From NCBI GenBank assembly GCA_003345555.1, contig PRDJ01000057.1, forward strand, positions 30,001-62,000: 32,000 nucleotides of DNA, given 5' to 3'. A program made the position numbers and the translations under genes. Of the stretch, positions 25,654 to 32,000 are shown in pieces. Below the pieces are notes generated by a model. That model did no database searches. It was given only the letters and a program-made list of their open reading frames with translations, and had not been told where the DNA came from. Source of the DNA: Candidatus Thorarchaeota archaeon. Lineage in GTDB: Archaea > Asgardarchaeota > Thorarchaeia > Thorarchaeales > Thorarchaeaceae. The first letter of the stretch is position 1. The number at the start of each line of letters is the position of its first letter.

Positions 25654-27120
25654 TTGCCTAATGCCGGGGTGGCACGAATCGTGGACGAGTACGACCGATT
25701 GCTGCAACAAGGTTCAGACCAAGATCGGCTAGTCGATTCAGTAGGCTATCGGGACGTTTTCGATAGGGAATCTGGAGCAGAACTGGCCGCCTGGGAGCTC
25801 CGACTTCAGAAGCAGTTCCGCGAGAGACTGGGTAGTAGGATATACCGATACAGGGGGTTCGTTCATCATACTCGTGAGGTCTCTCTCATGATGATTACAC
25901 CAAGTCCCTGGCTCTTAGGGGGTGTGTTTGTACATCTCCAAGAAGGACAGGAGCTGCCGCCTGATGGGGCATTCATCGAGATCACTGGTCAGACGACGGC
26001 AGTGCCTACACTTCTTCAGCGTTCGCAGACCCTTGTCAGGGCTATCGCCGCAGAGAGCCTGAGTGTCTTGTCAACCGAGATACCACAGATGGTCTCTCCT
26101 CCTCTTGCCCTCAAGGACCTGTCAGAGCTGTTGTTCGAACATGTCGGGATAGCTGAGGCCAGTAAGGGAGCGTTTGCTCGGCTGTTTGTTTCGAGCCCTC
26201 CGTACAAAGGCGCCGTTGGTGGTCTCACTATGGGCATCCAAGCTCTGGCTGCAGAGTCTGAGGTCAAGAGACTCCTCGCTTTTGTCCGAAAGTTGCTTCC
26301 GCCGACATTCAGGACCAAGTACAGGTCATACCGGTCCGTTGAAGGCATAGACGTGGGATTGCCGAGGCTGTGGCGGCTGGAAGTTGGTCGCACATCTGAG
26401 CCAAGAATGGAATCTATATGTGTGAAACGAGTCGATCCGCTTGGTTATCGAGAGTTATCACTTGGAGCTCTCACAGATTCCAAAACTGCGGCGTTTCCCG
26501 ACATTCCTCTAGCGGTTGCCTCAGGGGACTTCTGGATAGAGGAGAAGGAGGCATCTCAATTGATGCTCCCGCTTCTGAAGGCTGCGATTACTTTTCAGCT
26601 GCTCACGCCAATAGTAACCGAGCGGACCATCGACTCAGTAACCAAGCATATCATTTCACGTCTGGAGATACTGAAGGACACTTACGATTTGAGCGATTCC
26701 GCCTTGGCGAGAGGCGGCATTCTCGATGCTGATTCCTTGGGCAGACCCCTTAGCGCGCTCAGACTCGCACAGTCAACTGCGCGTGCCGAATGGAGAGAGA
26801 CGGTCAACAGCAGTGAATTGAAACGCTCATGGGATCAGATACTGGAACCCGCCCTCAAGGAGTTCATTGAGACCTCCGAGTTGAGTGCTGAAAAGGAAAA
26901 GGAATGGGGTCCCGGGACCAGACTAGGCAAGTATGACACCAAGATTCTCAGAGCCTTGAAGACTCTAGATGAAGGCACACGAGGGTCTCTAGGACCGACT
27001 CTTGACGATATTGCAGGAGAGGCCAGCATAGAGAAGCATGTGGCTGCCGAGAGTCTGACGAAACTGAAAGATGCGGGCGCTATCTATGAGCCGCGCACTG
27101 GCCACTACAGAGTGGTGTGA
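25654..27120 (+). CDS. hypothetical protein, probable degenerate MCM-like (OB + inactive AAA+ + C-terminal wHTH)
   Basis: GRPLSALRLAQSTARAEWRETV resembles MCM sensor-2 RQLEALIRLSEA.AR. Ends in LKDAGAIYEPRTGHYRVV. No Walker A GKS/T. Confidence 0.55.
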   Translation: MPNAGVARIVDEYDRLLQQGSDQDRLVDSVGYRDVFDRESGAELAAWELRLQKQFRERLGSRIYRYRGFVHHTREVSLMMITPSPWLLGGVFVHLQEGQELPPDGAFIEITGQTTAVPTLLQRSQTLVRAIAAESLSVLSTEIPQMVSPPLALKDLSELLFEHVGIAEASKGAFARLFVSSPPYKGAVGGLTMGIQALAAESEVKRLLAFVRKLLPPTFRTKYRSYRSVEGIDVGLPRLWRLEVGRTSEPRMESICVKRVDPLGYRELSLGALTDSKTAAFPDIPLAVASGDFWIEEKEASQLMLPLLKAAITFQLLTPIVTERTIDSVTKHIISRLEILKDTYDLSDSALARGGILDADSLGRPLSALRLAQSTARAEWRETVNSSELKRSWDQILEPALKEFIETSELSAEKEKEWGPGTRLGKYDTKILRALKTLDEGTRGSLGPTLDDIAGEASIEKHVAAESLTKLKDAGAIYEPRTGHYRVV

Positions 27121-27141
27121 TGGTCGTCGTCTGACGATCAT
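27120..27141. terminator. hairpin between convergent genes (candidate bidirectional terminator)
   Basis: ATGGTCGTC-GTCT-GACGATCAT, a 9-bp stem with one G-U pair, filling most of the 33-bp gap. Confidence 0.4.
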
Positions 27142-27153
27142 TCCATCCTGTGA

Positions 27154-27750
27154 CTAGCGTAGGAGCTTCTTTAGACTCTCTGGTTCTTCGCCTTCGTCAA
27201 CGAGCACAATCTTCTGGGCTCCGACTCTTTCCGCATCGTACTTTCGCGCTATGATTGTCGCATCGAACTTCTCACGAGCACTTGCTTTGCCGCCGCGCCA
27301 AACGTAGATGCTGTCCCAAGTGTCCAAGATAAACACGTCCTCGCTCTTCATTGAGTCGCGTTTCCAAGGCACTTCCGTGAAGTAGGTCTGTCCCTTCACG
27401 TTGGACACTCGCCACATCTTGTACTCATGCTTCTGAAGCTGTACCTTTCTGAGAATGCCAGCTGTGTCGTCGTCAGTAAGTTGGAGGTTTTTGAAGAGCG
27501 CCTTGAATGCCGGCGGTTCATTTCCACCTTCAATGCGCACGAGCTGAGCTTGACCCTTGCGTGCCGTGTCTCTGAAGACCGCCTCGGCAGCGGCTAGGAA
27601 CTGTTCGTCTGCTGTCGACTTGGGCCCAATCCACATGAATACTGTGACGCCTCCATCGACTAGGTAACAGTCTCCTCGACCGAATTTCCCGGGGTCTGGC
27701 ACCCTGACGAGTTTTCCTTTTTGGATATGATATACGGTGAGTTCAGGCAT
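27154..27750 (-). CDS. two-domain gelsolin-family protein (Asgard 2DGel type)
   Basis: GDCYLVD...FMWIGPKS..DE...EGGNEPPAF, and SEDVFILD...IYVWRG..AS..E...EGEEP. Start taken as ATG 27750 (alternatives 27756/27771). Confidence 0.9.
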   Translation of the reverse strand: MPELTVYHIQKGKLVRVPDPGKFGRGDCYLVDGGVTVFMWIGPKSTADEQFLAAAEAVFRDTARKGQAQLVRIEGGNEPPAFKALFKNLQLTDDDTAGILRKVQLQKHEYKMWRVSNVKGQTYFTEVPWKRDSMKSEDVFILDTWDSIYVWRGGKASAREKFDATIIARKYDAERVGAQKIVLVDEGEEPESLKKLLR

Positions 27751-27842
27751 GAACATGATTGATGCAAGCATCGTAGTTAAGTCATGTTCCTACAGACTAC
27801 AATACACGCCAGATAGAAGAGGCTTCAAATGGGGTGACCCTA

Positions 27843-28649
27843 ATTCCTGAGCTGCCTGAGCTAGAAATAATCGCAGAAAGACTGACCGAGGCTCTCGCTG
27901 GCGAAATGATTGATGGAGTTGTAGTCCATAATCACCTTGTGATTCATGGCGGTACTGCGGATCAATTTGCAGAGACTGCAAAGGGCAAGTCATTCCTTGC
28001 TTTCCGCGCAGACGGGAAGTTTCTGATTATGAACTTGAGCGATTCTCTTGAGATTCTTGTCAATCCGATGCTGACAGGTAGGTTTAGGATATCCGCGAAG
28101 CAGAGATCGGCTCTAAAATCGGACATCTTCTCAATCCAAACAGGCAGAGGCACCCTCTGGTATGCTGACAAAAAATCGATGAGCCGCGTTTACATCATAA
28201 TGCAAGGAGATGAAAACAGGGCCGCCGGGTTCGAAGGAAGAGGGCCCTCCGCTCTCGACCCCGCTTTGACTCTCGAGGTTTTTAGAACACGTGTTCCAAG
28301 GTTCCAAGGGCAAATCAAGAATGTGTTGCAGAATCAGCGGTTTGTAAAGGGAATCGGTAATGCGTACGCAGATGAGGTTCTGCTCTATGCGGGGATTCTG
28401 CCATTTCGAAAACGGAGCTCCTTGAATGATGGTGAAATAGTCAAGTTATACGACGCTATGAGGAGCGTCCTTGGACGATATCGTGAAATGCTATCGCACA
28501 AGGGACTTGAGGACTTGGGGCCAGAGAAACGTGATTTCCTGATGATTCACAATAAAGGCGGCGGAATATGCCCGCTCTGTGGCGGCCGTATATCTGAGGT
28601 GACCGCTAATAGGTTCAAGACAAGTTACTGCCAGACCTGCCAGAAGTGA
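27843..28649 (+). CDS. mutM: Fpg/Nei family DNA glycosylase/AP lyase
   Basis: PELPE, DGKFL, H2TH LQNQRFVKGIGNAYADE, and Zn finger CPLC...YCQTCQ. ATT start inferred (ORF caller gives GTG 27834). Confidence 0.88.
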   Translation: MPELPELEIIAERLTEALAGEMIDGVVVHNHLVIHGGTADQFAETAKGKSFLAFRADGKFLIMNLSDSLEILVNPMLTGRFRISAKQRSALKSDIFSIQTGRGTLWYADKKSMSRVYIIMQGDENRAAGFEGRGPSALDPALTLEVFRTRVPRFQGQIKNVLQNQRFVKGIGNAYADEVLLYAGILPFRKRSSLNDGEIVKLYDAMRSVLGRYREMLSHKGLEDLGPEKRDFLMIHNKGGGICPLCGGRISEVTANRFKTSYCQTCQK

Positions 28650-28716
28650 GATTAAGGCGATACGCTAATCAATGGGCTAGACTGCCAATGGCAACTGTCA
28701 GGAGAGCTGACATCCG

Positions 28717-29898
28717 ATGGATAAGTGGGAAGAGAACTTCCTCAGAGACATTGTCGAACTCGACACAAACAGCGAACAGAAGAAGAACTACGTTGAGTGC
28801 TCCAAGATCATTGGGAAGTATTGCGAAGAGGCGGGACTTCGCGTTGACGTTTTCGACGGAAAGCCGGGGGGCATATCACAACCGAACATTGTCGCCACTC
28901 TCAATGCAGGAGCCAAGCAGACGCTCCTGCTCTGTGTTCATTACGATGTGGTGCCCGCCGGGGACGTCGCTGCTTGGAAGAAGCCGCCGTTCAAGCTCAC
29001 TGTTGAAGGCGACAAGGTCTACGGTCGAGGCGCGGCAGATAACAAGGGGAACATCGTGGCGGCTGTGAGTGCCGCAAGGGATCTCATCAAGAAGCGTAGC
29101 TCCAAGGTCAACTGGAAGATACTAATCTCACCGAACGAGGAGATTGGCGGAGAGTGGGGAATTGAATACCTGATGAATGGTCCACCGAAAATCAGGGGCG
29201 ACTTCGCAATCGTTGTTGATTCCGGTCCTGCTTACGTGAGCATTGGCGCAAGCGGCATTCTCGCAGGCACGATTACTGTTCACGGGACACAAGGGCATGC
29301 CGGCTACCCTTTTGCTTTCAACAATGCTATCCACCTATCCATCCCTCTTCTCAACGTCATGCTCGACTATGTTGACGTTCGGGGGAAGGTTGAATCAAAG
29401 CTGCTCGCACCACCAGGAAGCCCACACAAGAACCTCTGGGGACGATTCTCTCTAACTGTTTACAACGCAGGCACGAAGACCAATATCATCCCCGGAAAAG
29501 CTGAGATATCCTTCGACTGCAGGCTGATTCCCGAAGAGAAACCCGATGATGTCGCGAGAAACCTGGAGCAGTTTTTCGAGAAAGCGAAGGAAGAGACCGG
29601 TGTCGATGCCTCCTTGGAGTTTATGACAAAGGCGAATGGCTGGGGCTCAGATCCCAATAACAAGTACATGAAGGCCTTTGCTGTGGCTGTGAGAGAGGCT
29701 GTTGGTGAGGATGTCCCGATGGCAGCAGATCTCGGTGGGAATGATGGTCACTACTTCACATCCCTTGGCATCCCGACGGCATGCTTTGGCACAATTGCCG
29801 ATGACACCCGCTTTCATGGTATCGATGAATTCATGCGCATTGCAGATTACGAGAAAGTCAAGAAGGTCCTGACCTATTTCGCGGAGAAGTGGAAGTGA
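28717..29898 (+). CDS. M20/ArgE/DapE family metallopeptidase or deacylase
   Basis: HYDVVP, GRGAADNKG, NEEIGG, GGNDG, FHGIDE. Confidence 0.92.
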   Translation: MDKWEENFLRDIVELDTNSEQKKNYVECSKIIGKYCEEAGLRVDVFDGKPGGISQPNIVATLNAGAKQTLLLCVHYDVVPAGDVAAWKKPPFKLTVEGDKVYGRGAADNKGNIVAAVSAARDLIKKRSSKVNWKILISPNEEIGGEWGIEYLMNGPPKIRGDFAIVVDSGPAYVSIGASGILAGTITVHGTQGHAGYPFAFNNAIHLSIPLLNVMLDYVDVRGKVESKLLAPPGSPHKNLWGRFSLTVYNAGTKTNIIPGKAEISFDCRLIPEEKPDDVARNLEQFFEKAKEETGVDASLEFMTKANGWGSDPNNKYMKAFAVAVREAVGEDVPMAADLGGNDGHYFTSLGIPTACFGTIADDTRFHGIDEFMRIADYEKVKKVLTYFAEKWK

Positions 29899-31023
29899 AT
29901 GACCGACCTCAGCAATCTTCAGATTGGAGTCCCCGGGCCCTTTCTGCCGCCGTGGGAAAATGCCGCAAAGAATGCTCGTCTGATTGACTCCTTGGGTTAT
30001 GACAGCATGGCTTTTCCAGACCACTTTTCGGGTTTTGTTCCCGAAAGCATCTGGACACCTGACATAACGCCCTTGGCCATGATTCAGCAGTCTCCTCATA
30101 CGTTCTTCGAGATGAGCACGATAATGGCAGCATGCGCGGCTGTGACAGAGAGAGTGAAACTCATCTCGTCGGTGACTGAGCCGATAAGACGGAGCCCAGT
30201 GCTATTGGCACAGACATTTCTGACGCTTGACCACGTGAGCGGTGGCAGAGCAATTATGGGAATTGGTGCAGGAGAGGTTGAGAACGTCGAGCCCTACGGG
30301 TTCAGTTACTCAGGGCAAGTAGGGCGGCTCAAAGAGGCTCTTGAGATCATTGAACGAATCTGGTCGACCCAAGAACCTTTCGACTACGAAGGCCATTTCT
30401 ACAAGCTCAAGGATGCCGTCATGTCTCTTCGTCCCGCGATTCAGGATCGTCCTCCTCAGATATGGGTTGCAGCTCATGGTCCGAGAATGCTTGACATTGC
30501 GGCGGAGTTTGGTAATGGGTGGATACCTACCTTACTTCGTCCTTCTATCTATGGTCAGAGTCTCAAGAGAATCTTGGGCAATAGGAAGAAGCTTGGAAAG
30601 ACCGGCCCATTCACCGCTGCCATATGGAACTGGAGCATTCTCGATGACGATGAATCGGAATGCGAACGTCTGATGCACACTCCTCTTGCCAAAGCGTTCG
30701 CATTACTCTATCCGGGAAGCGAGTGGAAGAGACTGGGACATAAGCATCCGTTTGGAGACGATTTCTATCCGCTTCGAGACTATGTTCCGATGCGCTGTGA
30801 ACGGGAGAGAGTCCTAAGAGCAATCGAGGAAGTACCTGATGCTGTTCTTCACGAGTTCTACATGTGCGGTTGTTGTGATGACATGATCAAGAAGCTGGAG
30901 GAGTACGTCCGACAGGGGCTTCAGCACATCATCCTATGGAACACTACAGGCATGTTCGACCTTGACAAGACACGGTCTTCATACAAGGTAATGAAAGAGG
31001 TTCTCGCCTACGTCAAAGGATAG
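29899..31023 (+). CDS. LLM-class (probably F420-dependent) oxidoreductase
   Basis: GYDSMAFPDH, LAQTFLTLDHVSGGRAIMGIGAGE, IWVAAHGPRML. Confidence 0.88.
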   Translation: MTDLSNLQIGVPGPFLPPWENAAKNARLIDSLGYDSMAFPDHFSGFVPESIWTPDITPLAMIQQSPHTFFEMSTIMAACAAVTERVKLISSVTEPIRRSPVLLAQTFLTLDHVSGGRAIMGIGAGEVENVEPYGFSYSGQVGRLKEALEIIERIWSTQEPFDYEGHFYKLKDAVMSLRPAIQDRPPQIWVAAHGPRMLDIAAEFGNGWIPTLLRPSIYGQSLKRILGNRKKLGKTGPFTAAIWNWSILDDDESECERLMHTPLAKAFALLYPGSEWKRLGHKHPFGDDFYPLRDYVPMRCERERVLRAIEEVPDAVLHEFYMCGCCDDMIKKLEEYVRQGLQHIILWNTTGMFDLDKTRSSYKVMKEVLAYVKG

Positions 31024-31024
31024 T

Positions 31025-31573
31025 ATGATCGTGGTCACGGGGAACCCGCACAAGCTACTTGAGATACGGCCACTCTTCGAGAAACATGGGATACGGATTG
31101 AGGTCTCACAAGTTGACAAGATGGAAGTCAAGTCTGATGATGTTGTTGTAGTAGCACGTGAGGCTGCAAAGGCGGCCTATCGTGTCCTCAAGCGTCCGCT
31201 CGTCATCGATGATACGGGTCTTTACATATCTGCATTGAGCGGTTTTCCCGGGGCTTACGCGTCATTTGTGCAGAAGACAATCGGTAACCTTGGTATTCTC
31301 AAGCTCATGGAGGGGATTACCGATAGGACAGCGAACTTTGTCACAGCAGCGGCCTATGCGGATGGCAAGAATATCGAAGCATTCGTAGGTGAAATGCCCG
31401 GTCGAATCGCGCTTGCGCCATCAGGTAGAGAGGGTTTTGGGTATGATCCAATCTTCATCTGTGATGGTGAGATGCGAACATATGCCGAGATGAGTTTCTC
31501 GGAGAAGGTTGCAGTATCGCACAGGACCAAGGCGTTTGCTTCGTTACTTGACTGGTACGACCGAGTTCGCTAA
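31025..31573 (+). CDS. rdgB: non-canonical purine NTP pyrophosphatase (RdgB/HAM1)
   Basis: TGNPHK, DDTGLYISALSGFPG, GFGYDPIF, SHRTKA. Confidence 0.93.
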   Translation: MIVVTGNPHKLLEIRPLFEKHGIRIEVSQVDKMEVKSDDVVVVAREAAKAAYRVLKRPLVIDDTGLYISALSGFPGAYASFVQKTIGNLGILKLMEGITDRTANFVTAAAYADGKNIEAFVGEMPGRIALAPSGREGFGYDPIFICDGEMRTYAEMSFSEKVAVSHRTKAFASLLDWYDRVR

Positions 31574-31621
31574 CAACGCTTAAGACAGGGGTCAGTAGTA
31601 ACATCTCTGCTGGTGCACCTA

Positions 31622-32000
31622 TTGTCTGCTAGCGAGAAGGCAGTGAGGGCTCTGAAGAACTTGGGTCTCACTGAATACGAGACTGCTTCCTACTTGGCTC
31701 TTGTTGAAAAGGGTCCCATGTCAGCATCTGAGATAAGCACAAAGTCACTCGTGCCATACTCACGAATATACGACGTGCTGACCCGGCTTGAGGAGAAAGG
31801 CTTCATACAAGTGAGGCGTGCTCGTCCGACCGTGTATGTTGCGAAAGCACCCACCGAAGTTGTACGCCTCGTTCGGTTGGCATGGGAGGACAAGATTGAC
31901 AAGTCAAGCAAGGTAGTAGTCGGAGAGCTTCAGCCGCGTTTCGAACGAGAGGTCCAAGCAACGACCCGAGACGTCTGGGTCATGCATGGCAAAGCGTCCA
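31622..32000 (+). CDS. TrmB family transcriptional regulator (3'-truncated; missing from the ORF track)
   Basis: My translation: LKNLGLTEYETASYLALVEKGPMSASEISTKSLVPYSRIYDVLTRLEEKGFI...RPTVYVA. TTG start, with CTTAAG at 31579-31584 upstream. Confidence 0.88.
   Translation, partial: MSASEKAVRALKNLGLTEYETASYLALVEKGPMSASEISTKSLVPYSRIYDVLTRLEEKGFIQVRRARPTVYVAKAPTEVVRLVRLAWEDKIDKSSKVVVGELQPRFEREVQATTRDVWVMHGKAS

Noticed and set aside
27761-27772. GATGC-AA-GCATC inverted repeat before gelsolin versus GATGC-TTCAT-GCATT (6663-6677) before actin, as a shared operator
   Set aside because: Spacer length and position relative to the TATA-like box differ, and the match is too short to separate from chance.
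1-32000. CRISPR array, tRNA/rRNA, transposase or integrase
   Set aside because: No regularly spaced repeats, RNA gene signatures or DDE/tyrosine-recombinase motifs were seen on manual reading.

Overview
Gene-dense archaeal window, very probably Asgard and most likely Thorarchaeia (inferred from a Lokiactin-type actin, a two-domain gelsolin, an alpha-arrestin-like protein and an SCP2 protein; no database search was run). It holds about 32 CDS and no recognisable tRNA, rRNA, CRISPR array or transposase. Routine content: lipid and sugar-nucleotide enzymes, a radical SAM/SPASM protein, a glycyl radical enzyme with its activase, an Na/Pi cotransporter, two paralogous HTH-Fe-S proteins, a TPP-enzyme/ADH/SCP2 operon, an orphan beta-class DNA methyltransferase, Fpg, an M20 peptidase, an LLM oxidoreductase, RdgB and a TrmB regulator. 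The most unusual observations: (1) a translationally coupled wHTH-CARF-like plus Mini-III/RNase III-like pair; (2) a miniature primase-large-subunit-like Fe-S protein upstream of a SAMHD1-like HD hydrolase; (3) a degenerate MCM-like protein behind the methyltransferase; (4) a 27-bp hairpin repeated twice with changes only at the apex; (5) an Fpg that seems to need an ATT start codon. All family calls come from reading motifs by eye.
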